DNA from: Deltaproteobacteria bacterium
GTDB taxonomy: Bacteria; Myxococcota_A; UBA9042; DTJE01
Assembly (NCBI GenBank): GCA_037442805.1
Contig: JBBIPO010000006.1
Span: 1-50,311 of the forward strand
Direction: 5' to 3'
Length of the DNA: 50,311 nt
Under the pieces are notes generated by a model, which saw nothing but the letters and a program-made list of their open reading frames with translations, was not told the DNA's origin and searched no databases. The position numbers and the translations under genes were made by a program. Positions 10,346-15,459 of this stretch are shown piece by piece (the first letter of the stretch is position 1; the number at the start of each line of letters is the position of its first letter).

Positions 10346-11111
10346 GGTCGCGATGTGCGGGCCGGTGCCGAATGGACAGCCGGTGTGCGCCGGAGGGCAG
10401 TGCGCGGCCCAGTGCAACTCCGGCTACTTCAATGTCAACCAGACGCTTCAGGATGGCTGCGAGTGCGCCCAGGACGGCTACGGGACCACGACCTGCGCCA
10501 CGGCGAGCAACCTCGGGACCCTGTCCGACGCGGGGTCGGGCTCGACCGTGAGCGTGAGCGGACGCATCCTGCCGGACAGCGAGGCCGACTGGTACCGGTT
10601 CACGGCGACGGACTCGACGGACACGGGGACCCTGGACAGCCCCGGCCACGACCGCTTCAACGTGCGCGTGCGCGTCACGAGCCCCACGGACGGGAGCATC
10701 AAGGTCAATGTCTATCGGGGCAACTGTAACACGCAGATGACCTGCGTGTCGGGGTCGTTCGATGCGACCGAGGCCCGCTGGTACGAGAACTTCGCGAGCG
10801 GGAGCGGCTCGGGCGCCTCGGGGCAGGACCCCTGTGTGACGCCGCCCCCGCCGCCCGGAGGCACCCCACGGTTGTGGGACTGCTGCCGCCCTGGTGAATG
10901 CGACGCGGGCGCGACCACGTCCGATGCGTGCTGTGGGGGGGCCGACGCGGACAACCAGAACCCCACCCAGTGCACGGACGCCCTCAAGAACAAGCGCCAC
11001 TGCGGGAACAGCGGGACGGTGTTTTACGTCAAGGTCTATCGGGCGAGCGGCACCCCGTCAGACTGCGGCCAGACCGGTTACACGCTCCAGGTCAGCAACG
11101 GCGTGCCGTAG
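3..11111 (+). CDS. Giant secreted Cys/Asp-rich tandem-repeat protein, 5'-partial (runs off the window start). About 50 copies of a ~70-aa unit are followed by a ~260-aa non-repeat C-terminal domain.
   Basis: Frame 3 is open from base 3 to TAG at 11109-11111. Bases 3-38 already encode ACNGRDDDCDGK, a repeat motif upstream of the GTG at 39, so the true start lies outside the window. Unit consensus: CNGxDDDCDGxxDExGxxGCxx[FY][FY]xDxDxDG[YF]G...CLC...PY...GDC[DN]D...PGxxE. It resembles the CxxxDDDCDG putative metal-binding (MopE-like) repeats abundant in Myxococcota, and DxDxDG Ca-binding loops. The C-terminal part contains a PPC-like segment (..GTLSDAGS..VSGRILPDSEADWYRFTA..). Confidence 0.9.
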   Translation, partial: ACNGRDDDCDGKVDEENAQGCATFYKDEDQDGWGIPTLSKCLCQAEAPYSAKQVEDCDDGDPEAKPGAAERCNGKDDDCDGFTDEDASSGCTVFFLDQDRDGYGNALDFRCLCDPKAPYDTVVAGDCDDFYAAIHPDATESCNGKDDDCDGATDESPATGCKTYYFDGDGDGFGLATLSACLCQKEAPYTAILGGDCNDYLAAVNPAADEVCNGRDDDCDGTVDEEDAQGCATFYLDTDRDGYGVSSDSKCLCKAAGNYSAKAAGDCADDDPARNPGARERCNGQDENCNGLVDEEGATDCSVFFLDYDWDGYGAADFKCLCGPYLLYRATQSGDCNDSSAKINPGAGERCNGSDDNCDGIVDPEGSDLCGPYYKDADGDGYGKAGDSKCLCGPVGMYRSPLGTDCDDQDPTMNPGVQELCANGKDDNCNGLTDDAEVGGCQGCINYFEDVDGDGYGKTQVYECLSGPSGNLRATLPGDCDDSDAAVNPGVPENCNGVDDDCNALTDEEGAADCVPYFYDNDDDGYGTDDVRCLCSPSGKYRGTASGDCNDGAKYVNPGASEVCNLLDDDCDGLVDEAGAAGCQTYYQDSDQDGWGQAASKCLCAPAFPYTANAAGDCDDARGASNPAAVEECNGRDDDCDGQTDEENALGCAAMYRDGDRDGHGVSGDFRCLCAASGKYSAVQGGDCDDADATVFPGAAEPCNGRDDDCDAAVDEAGALGCRDYYYDSDADGFGTDAKPARCLCAPQAPYTALSGGDCLDTNKNIAPGAAERCNYVDDDCDGQTDEVGATGCTTFYQDADSDGFGVTEDSRCLCAPSDGYKAAAGGDCNDADAAVNPAAAERCNGRDDDCDGQIDEAGAADCVVHYRDGDGDGFGKPNDYQCLCGPAAPYSVTVGGDCDDADPAVSPGRAEACNGLDDDCDGLTDERDAVGCTLYYQDVDQDGHGGRESRCLCGPASPWVSTVGDDCNDSLAGVHPGAGEVCDYLDNDCDGVTDEEGTQGCQTYYYDGDGDNYGVAGNAKCLCRASGKYTTLQAGDCDDANKSVNPGRVEACNGQDDDCDGLTDEASAQGCKTYYADRDSDGFGAAADSKCLCEPAFPYTTQQGGDCDDEAASARPGAPEICANGRDDDCDGVTDEAGCQGCVTYYRDDDGDTYGVAGDSQCLAAPAGAYRAVRGGDCNDLDAGAYPGAIETCNAKDDDCDSQTDEDGASGCVRVYYDADGDGFGLTTDSRCACAPVAPYTALQGGDCDDGHAAVHPGAAEACNGLDDDCTGTADPAGAEGCAGYLRDSDQDGFGASGDSKCLCAAVAPYTASVGGDCDDQMAGTHPGATEGCGNGRDDDCDGATDEAGCQGCTVFYRDRDRDGFGVSTDQACLSGPVGDYTAQVGGDCDDDRPEVHPGLGEACDGLDNDCDGTTDPAGSAGCTTYFKDADGDGYGLASDARCLCRAEPPYAATLAGDCDDAKSHVKPGATEVCNGQDDDCDGLVDEEGATGCEVWYLDGDGDGYGKPGSGRCLCSKAAPYTASNTADCDDANPDVKPGGTEVCNGLDDDCNGTADGEGTNGCTWYYLDQDQDGYGSATSSRCLCAPVAPYTATNPDDCRDGLAPVHPDADEVCDGLDNDCDGQTDGEGIAGCIVFFEDLDRDGYGVALRNRCLCAGVAPYDATQAGDCDDSNALIKPGAAEACNGLDDDCDAVTDEEGAGGCAAYHRDWDGDGYGTDLTKCLCAPAGKYTASGGGDCNDVVAAVHPGATEACNGRDDDCDGQTDEEDALGCATFYRDQDRDGYGSASDGKCLCKATQDYPVQVSGDCQDQDAAVHPGAPEACNGQDDDCDFSVDEDVTVGCTVYFYDYDADGYGSQDFRCLCAPSGLYRVTVGGDCNDLSAAVNPEATEVCNGQDDNCDAIVDPEGSQLCSSYYQDADGDGYGKPGTASCLCAATGMYRTPRAGDCDDDAAGVNPDALELCGNGRDDDCDGFTDESGCEGCVNYYEDKDGDTYGLDLSYQCLAAPSGDFRATRGGDCDDAVLAVNPGAPEACNGRDDDCDALTDEEGATDCRPYFFDDDGDGYGTSDVRCLCAPQGKHRGEDSGDCNDSAVTVNPGAQEACNDVDDDCDGLTDEAGATGCHTYFEDQDQDGFGQATTRCLCQAAPPFTANVPGDCDDYRPGVNPNGVETCNGRDDDCDGATDEEGALGCQTFYRDGDGDKYGVTSDFRCLCAASSPYVAVDAGDCDDGRADVFPGATETCNGRDDDCEGLVDEPDALGCVLYYFDGDRDGFGDDAIQPRCLCAPAAPFSAVQGGDCLDTMAEVRPGVAEACNAMDDNCDGIVDNEGASGCTVFYLDNDQDGVGVASSQKCLCQPQGKHTATSAGDCNDGDAAVWPGGAETCDGRDEDCDGQTDEVGAIGCTYFFRDDDADGFGQFESRCLCAAAAPYTALAAGDCDDTKATVKPGAAEACNGRDDDCDGSTDEEGATGCLTFYRDQDADGFGGGESRCLCEPGGGWTASNSQDCNDVLASVNPQAAEVCDGLDNDCDGQTDEAGAQGCLVYYLDRDADGYGDGANSRCLCAPSGGYTAQAAGDCDDTVAAVKPGAAEACNARDDDCNGQTDEEGSTGCSYYYKDADGDTFGLTTDRKCLCGATGLYAATRGDDCDDGNALVNPAKAERCNGVDDNCDGQTDGADSVGCSNYYKDGDGDLFGVASDFRCLCAPAAPYATTALGDCNDGNAQAFPGAPESCNGADDDCNGQTDEAGASGCQTYYFDQDQDGYGLASDSRCLCAPLGGYTTKVPGDCNDLDGRVSPGAQEACNGRDDDCDGQVDEEGAASCVWYFKDSDGDGYGVAGDKRCLCAASGNYAATQGGDCDDTRASVYPGATEVCGNARDDDCDGQTDEAGCSGCTTYYKDTDGDTWGVEGDSQCLSAPSGVYRATRAGDCNDGNAAVSPGATETCNAVDDDCDGQTDEMGASGCRTYYQNNDGDGYGVIGGERCLCAPQAPFTATQAGDCNDADSAVFPGAPEWCNAKDDDCDALTDEEGAADCSWYYKDADGDQYGVATDKKCLCSGSGVYVATQTGDCDDNDPQARPGGTEVCGNSQDDDCDGWTDEAGCQGCTTFYLDEDGDAYGQTGQTQCLSGPSGNYRATRGGDCRDNDEAVNPGATEVCQNNQDDNCDGQTDEAGCQGCVTYYKDQDGDTYGVAGDTRCLSGPTSPYTATRAGDCDDSNASVKPGAAEVCNLVDDNCDGTTDEAGASGCTNYDRDNDGDAYGIASDSRCLCRSSTPYTATQTGDCDDNDAAVKPGATEACNGRDDNCDGQTDPVDSQGCVPWYYDYDEDGFGTSTSRCQCGALGLYRTLATGDCNDTNAQVYPGATEACNGADDDCDGNVDEPGAQGCTTHYHDGDSDGYGVAGDSRCQCGPSYQWVAVSGDCNDNNAAIRPGAVEHCDGVDEDCDGQTDDGDPVAMCGPVPNGQPVCAGGQCAAQCNSGYFNVNQTLQDGCECAQDGYGTTTCATASNLGTLSDAGSGSTVSVSGRILPDSEADWYRFTATDSTDTGTLDSPGHDRFNVRVRVTSPTDGSIKVNVYRGNCNTQMTCVSGSFDATEARWYENFASGSGSGASGQDPCVTPPPPPGGTPRLWDCCRPGECDAGATTSDACCGGADADNQNPTQCTDALKNKRHCGNSGTVFYVKVYRASGTPSDCGQTGYTLQVSNGVP

Positions 11112-11165
11112 GACGCGGGGGACCGGCAGCGGCCTGCGGATCATCCGTTGCAGGAACAGACCGCT

Positions 11166-11684
11166 TCAGAACCGGTACCGGAATCCGAAACACATCTCGA
11201 AGTCGTAGAAGACCTCGGAGTGCGTGGTCGCGACCAGCCCGAACGGCGAAAAATCGAAGACGATCTCGAACGGCTCGCCACGCCAGGCCAGGCGCAGGCC
11301 GAACAGGGCGTGCAGCCCGAATCCGAACCGGTCCGGCTCCCCGACCTTCTTGTGGCCGTACACGAAATATTTCTGGGCGAACCAGTGGAAACTGAAGCCC
11401 GGTCCCACGTTGAACCACAGCGCCAGGTCCGGGTTCCGGCGCAGGAAGTCATGCAGATCGAAGCGAACGTCCACGGTCGCGGTCGGGCCTCCCCCGGGGA
11501 AGAACCCGTAGCCGAGCACGGACTGGATGTGGGCGCGTTGCGAGACCTGCCCCCTCAGGCTGATCCCGGTCGGGTCCCCGAACACGGCCCCGAGCGCGAA
11601 CTCCTTGGCGTGGACGTCGGGCGCGGACAGGGCCGCCAGGGTCCCGGCCAGAGCGACCACGGGGGCGAGCGAGCGGCGCGGCAC
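11166..11684 (-). CDS. Small outer-membrane beta-barrel protein (OmpX/OmpW-size, 172 aa) with a signal peptide
   Basis: GTG start at 11684 is preceded by GGAGGAGG 7 nt upstream. N-terminus MPRRSLAPVVALAGTLAALSAPDVHA is a signal peptide. The body has alternating amphipathic beta-strand pattern, is rich in G/F/Y, and ends in ..FGFRYRF with a terminal Phe typical of OMPs. Confidence 0.7.
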   Translation of the reverse strand: MPRRSLAPVVALAGTLAALSAPDVHAKEFALGAVFGDPTGISLRGQVSQRAHIQSVLGYGFFPGGGPTATVDVRFDLHDFLRRNPDLALWFNVGPGFSFHWFAQKYFVYGHKKVGEPDRFGFGLHALFGLRLAWRGEPFEIVFDFSPFGLVATTHSEVFYDFEMCFGFRYRF

Positions 11685-12164
11685 GAGCGCACCTCCTCCA
11701 CGGCTTCGGGGGCCGCCAGCCGTCGCGGAATCTTGATCGAGAAGGCCCTGGCAGTCAAGCCACCCGTCTGCCGAGCCATCCGCGCTCTACGCGCAGATTG
11801 CGACGCCCCCGCAGCAGGGGCCCGAGCGCCGGCCTGAACGAGCGAAGGGAGTGAAGGTCGGGAGCGATCGTCCGGTGGACGATGGCGTCGCGGGGAGGAC
11901 GGTCCAGTGGACCGTCCGATAGACGGGGGGCGTGCGACGCCCCCCTGCCATGGTGTCCGGACTCTTTGAAACCGCATCCGACACCCAGAATTCGTGGGGT
12001 AAACCCATTCTGAGACCCCGAGGGACCCGCATGAATCTTGGCCCAGTCTACTTCTCGGACCTGGCCATCCATCGTGACGCTGATTCACGAGTACTTTGTC
12101 ATCGCCTCCGCGGAGAAGAAGTGGCTTCTGTCTTGGGTCTAGACCGGCGAGAAGACATCGCCGA

Positions 12165-13343
12165 TCAACACCCCCCGCCCTTGCGCGGGGCTCGCTGCTG
12201 GGGCGCGGAGGGTGGGGGAGGCGGGGGGGGAGAGGTGGCCGCGCCGGTCAGCCAGGAGTGGACCGCACTGCGCAGGCGATAGGCCCTCGGGTCCGTCCGG
12301 GCGAGGGCGTCGTCGGGCGGCCCGGAGAAGCGCGAGGCAAAGGCCGCGTACCCCCCGGCGAGGACGGCGACCGGCCCCGAGAAGGTCTTGACCGCGTCCG
12401 GAACCTGCGCGAGTTCTCCCTCCCCGTACAGGACCAGGGTGCGCGTGGGCGGCAGACCGCGGACTGTGGCGTCGAGGTCCGCGGGACGGCAGAGCGCGCC
12501 CGGGATGCGGGCCTTCTCGCAGGCGGACGGTTCGCGAAGGTCCAGGAGCCACACCGACCAGGGCCGCTCGATCAGGATGACCGCGAGGGATTCCGGGCTC
12601 ATCGGGCGCGGGGCAGGGGAGGGGGCCAAAGGACCGGTGGCGCCGGAGGAACGTGGCGCACCCACGGCGAGACCGAGCGCCAGGACCGCGGCGACCCCGA
12701 GCGAGGCCAGGACCCCGTTGCGGGACCGGGGGCCCGGGACCGGGGGCTCGATCCCGCGTCGGCGCGAGAAGAACCGTTCCGCGCGCTCCGCCAGCAGGAA
12801 CGCGCCCGCGGCCATGGCCAGGACCGCGAGCGCCAGCACCGCGTCCGGCAGCCCCAGGAGGTCCGTGAGCCGATACACCCCGAGGTCCCCGCTGTTCGCG
12901 AATGGCGCGAGGGCAGGGGACAGGAAACCATACGCCAGGGATCCGAGACCGACCCCCGCGATGGTCGCGAGGCCGTCCCACTTGCCCGAGGTCATGGCCA
13001 CGACGGACGTGCCGGGACAGTAGCCGGACACGATGAAGCCCACACCCAGGAGCAGCCCACCCGCGAGTTGCGGCCACAGGTACGTGTGGGGGACCTGGAC
13101 CGCCGCGAGGTTCACGACCCCCGCGGCCGACAGCAGGACGATCCCCACGCAGGCCGTGACGATGGCCGTGAACATCACCTTCAGCACCCGCGTGTCCGTG
13201 CCGTAGAACTGGGCCGCCAGATTCGGGGCGTAGCCGAAGCCCGCCCGCTCCAGGGCGAAACCGAAACCGACGCCCACGAGGCTATACAGAACCAGGGCCG
13301 CCTCGTAGCCAAGGGCCTCCTGCGTGTAGAGAGGTAGCGTCAT
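12165..13343 (-). CDS. YeeE/YedE-family (sulfur/thiosulfate transport) membrane protein fused to a C-terminal rhodanese-homology domain, with a Pro-rich tail
   Basis: The real start ATG at 13343 overlaps the upstream gene's stop as ATGA; the 902-aa ORF on the track is a chimeric extension. The sequence has multiple TM helices and the G-Y-C-P-G-T motif typical of YeeE/YedE. The C-terminal part (..WLLDLREPSACEKARIPGAL..TLVLYGEGELAQV..VAVLAGGYAAF) fits the rhodanese fold. Confidence 0.8.
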   Translation of the reverse strand: MTLPLYTQEALGYEAALVLYSLVGVGFGFALERAGFGYAPNLAAQFYGTDTRVLKVMFTAIVTACVGIVLLSAAGVVNLAAVQVPHTYLWPQLAGGLLLGVGFIVSGYCPGTSVVAMTSGKWDGLATIAGVGLGSLAYGFLSPALAPFANSGDLGVYRLTDLLGLPDAVLALAVLAMAAGAFLLAERAERFFSRRRGIEPPVPGPRSRNGVLASLGVAAVLALGLAVGAPRSSGATGPLAPSPAPRPMSPESLAVILIERPWSVWLLDLREPSACEKARIPGALCRPADLDATVRGLPPTRTLVLYGEGELAQVPDAVKTFSGPVAVLAGGYAAFASRFSGPPDDALARTDPRAYRLRSAVHSWLTGAATSPPPPPPPSAPQQRAPRKGGGC

Positions 13344-13858
13344 TTCCACACCCTCCGGACGAGCGGGGCCGCCAGGTACCCGCCCGCGAACACGGCCATC
13401 ATGAAGACCCAGGACCCGACGGACAGCAGGGACCCCCCGGTCAAGGCCTGACCGGACGTGCAACCCCGGGCCAGGCGCGCCGCGACGCCCATGAGGACCC
13501 CGCCCAGGACGGCCAGGGCCAGGCGGGTCCCCGGAGCCACGCCTCGGGAGAATCCCATCGTGACCTCGGGCCGCATCCGCCCGGCGGAATACGCCCCGAT
13601 CAGGCCCCCCAGGACCACCCCCAGCACCTCGAAGACCAGGAAGTCGTCGAGGACGTTGCGGCCCGGACCCACGAGGTCCGCAAACTGCGGGAGGTCCTCG
13701 AGCGCCCCCAGGGACGCGACGTCCGCGCCCCAGATGGCCACGCGGTTGACCGCGCCGGACGCCCCGAGGCCGAAGCCGAGCAGCACGAACGATGACAGGA
13801 GCACGAGCCCCAGGAAGAACCCGGCGACATAAGGATTCCAGTACGATTTCGGTGTCAT
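13340..13858 (-). CDS. YeeE/YedE-family sulfur-transport membrane protein (half-size, 172 aa)
   Basis: ATG at 13858 sits 12 nt after the psrC-like stop, with GGGAGG upstream. The protein has 4 predicted TM segments and the conserved ..LARGCTSGQALTG.. motif of the Sulf_transp/YeeE family. Confidence 0.8.
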   Translation of the reverse strand: MTPKSYWNPYVAGFFLGLVLLSSFVLLGFGLGASGAVNRVAIWGADVASLGALEDLPQFADLVGPGRNVLDDFLVFEVLGVVLGGLIGAYSAGRMRPEVTMGFSRGVAPGTRLALAVLGGVLMGVAARLARGCTSGQALTGGSLLSVGSWVFMMAVFAGGYLAAPLVRRVWK

Positions 13859-13870
13859 CGAAGCCTCCCG

Positions 13871-14854
13871 TCAGAAGATGGTCGCAAGGCTGGACGCCTG
13901 TCCGGCCGCGACCAGGATCCATCGAAGGGCGAATCCGCCAGCCAGGACGAGCACCGGCGTGACCTTGAGAAACGCGAGTCCCCGCCGGCGCTCCAGGACT
14001 TCGAGCGCAAAGGGCGCCGCGAGTCCGGCCAGGACCACGAGCGTCCAGAAGGCGCTCGCCTGGGGACCGGTGACGAGGTGGTCCAGAGCCGCCTGGTCCG
14101 GGCCAGACCCGCTCGCGAACCCGATCAGCAGCGCCGCGAGAAGTCCGGCCTCCACCGCGATGGCCACGAGGTCCGAGCCCGCCACGAGGTGGCGCTCGTC
14201 CCTCGACAGGGGCAGGAGCAACAAGAAGGCCGCGCCCGTCGAGACCCCGGACGCCAGGAACAACGGCCCGAGGACCGGCGAGTTCCACAGGGGCTCCGCG
14301 GCCAGGGTCCCGAGCAGGACGCCCGTGTACACGCCGAGTCCCGCGCCCGCGACCATGGCGACCCACGCCACGCTCCGGGCCATCGCGTCGGCCCGGCCAG
14401 ACAGGCAGCGCAACGGTCCGGCCAGGCGCAACCAGCGCACGGGGCGGCTCGCAAGCAGCGCGGACCGGATTCCTGCGTCCAGCGACCCCAGGCCGAGCAA
14501 GACCCCCACTGGATAGACCAGGATCAGGATCCAGGAGCCCCAGGACATCGGTGAGGCCGGCTTGAAGGCCAGGTAGAAGCGAAAGACGTGGCTCTGGTGC
14601 TCGAGGTCCAGGAACAGGGCCAGCATCCCGAGCGACAAGAGCCCCAGGGCCACGAACGGCGCGGCCTGGACAGCCCGGGAAGGCGCGCTCCCCGGCGGGC
14701 GGCGCAACGCGAGGAGGGCCGAGACCACCAGGATCCCCGCGGTCAGGCCGCCCAGGAACAGATAGACCGGGATTTCCCAGCCCCAGATGCGCAGGGAGGG
14801 GTCCACCAGCGCGTTGTGCCGTCCCACCACCACCTCGCGAAACGCCTCGTTCAT
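13871..14854 (-). CDS. NrfD/PsrC-type polysulfide-reductase integral membrane (quinol-interacting) subunit
   Basis: Start ATG at 14854 (MNEAFREVVVGRH..) overlaps the 4Fe-4S gene stop as ATGA. The protein has about 8 hydrophobic helices, the typical ..WGWEIPVYLFLGGLTAG.. NrfD N-terminal motif, and the expected position after the A and B subunits. Confidence 0.85.
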   Translation of the reverse strand: MNEAFREVVVGRHNALVDPSLRIWGWEIPVYLFLGGLTAGILVVSALLALRRPPGSAPSRAVQAAPFVALGLLSLGMLALFLDLEHQSHVFRFYLAFKPASPMSWGSWILILVYPVGVLLGLGSLDAGIRSALLASRPVRWLRLAGPLRCLSGRADAMARSVAWVAMVAGAGLGVYTGVLLGTLAAEPLWNSPVLGPLFLASGVSTGAAFLLLLPLSRDERHLVAGSDLVAIAVEAGLLAALLIGFASGSGPDQAALDHLVTGPQASAFWTLVVLAGLAAPFALEVLERRRGLAFLKVTPVLVLAGGFALRWILVAAGQASSLATIF

Positions 14855-15459
14855 CGCGCCACCCCCACGACACCCGTCCCCGCCGAATCGCTTGCGACCG
14901 CGGGGGCCGGCCGCCCCGTCAAGAAATAGACGTTGGGCTCGCACCCGCTTTCCGGGTGCAACACCTTGTACGCCCGGGTTCGCAGCAGGCGCGACACCTC
15001 CGAGCCAGGGTCGTTCAGGTCGCCGAAGGTCAGGGTCCCGGTGGGGCACACCTCCACGCAGGCCGGGTCGCGGCCGGCCTGGACCCGGTGGAGGCAGAAC
15101 GTGCACTTGTCCACGTGCCCGTCCGGGTGGACGTAGCGGGCACCATACGGGCACGCCGCGATGCACGCCTTGCAGCCCGTGCACTTGCCGTGCGTCACGA
15201 GGACCACCCCGCCCTCCGCGACGTGACTCGCCCCGGTCGGGCAGGCGTGCACGCACGGCGGGTCGGAGCAGTGGTTGCAGCGCTCGGACCGGTTTTCCTG
15301 TCGCAGGTCGGGAAAGGTCCCTTCCGTGACCTCGACCAGCCAGTCGCGGCAGAACCCGTCCGGCACGGCGTTCTCGGCCTTGCAGGCGAGCACGCACGCC
15401 TTGCAGGCCACGCACGACCAGGTGTCCACGACCATCGCGTACCGCTTCGTGCGTCTCAT
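14851..15459 (-). CDS. 4Fe-4S ferredoxin-type electron-transfer subunit (PsrB/PhsB/NrfC-like)
   Basis: Start ATG at 15459 (MRRTKRYAMVVD..) overlaps the catalytic-subunit stop as ATGA. Four Cys clusters are present: CVACKACVLAC, CNHCSDPPCVHACP, CTGCKACIAACP and CTFCLHRV..CVEVCP. Confidence 0.9.
   Translation of the reverse strand: MRRTKRYAMVVDTWSCVACKACVLACKAENAVPDGFCRDWLVEVTEGTFPDLRQENRSERCNHCSDPPCVHACPTGASHVAEGGVVLVTHGKCTGCKACIAACPYGARYVHPDGHVDKCTFCLHRVQAGRDPACVEVCPTGTLTFGDLNDPGSEVSRLLRTRAYKVLHPESGCEPNVYFLTGRPAPAVASDSAGTGVVGVAR

Noticed and set aside
2433-11000. 2855-aa ORF antisense to the giant repeat gene
   Set aside because: The translation is R/A/V/G/P-rich low-complexity sequence with no motif structure. 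It is the mirror image of a GC3-saturated repeat whose sense frame has a coherent 70-aa Cys/Asp motif. The absence of stops is a compositional artefact.
12205-12240. G-run GGAGGGTGGGGGAGGCGGGGGGGGAGAGG as a regulatory G-quadruplex
   Set aside because: It lies inside the coding region, on the antisense strand. It is simply the complement of the CCN codons that encode the poly-Pro tail of the YeeE/YedE-rhodanese protein.
13344-14873. N-terminal 510 aa of the 902-aa ORF 12165..14873
   Set aside because: It is out of frame or overlapping with the yedE-half and psrC genes and is R/G/P-rich. A proper ATG at 13343, with an ATGA overlap to the upstream gene, starts the genuine YeeE/YedE-rhodanese protein.
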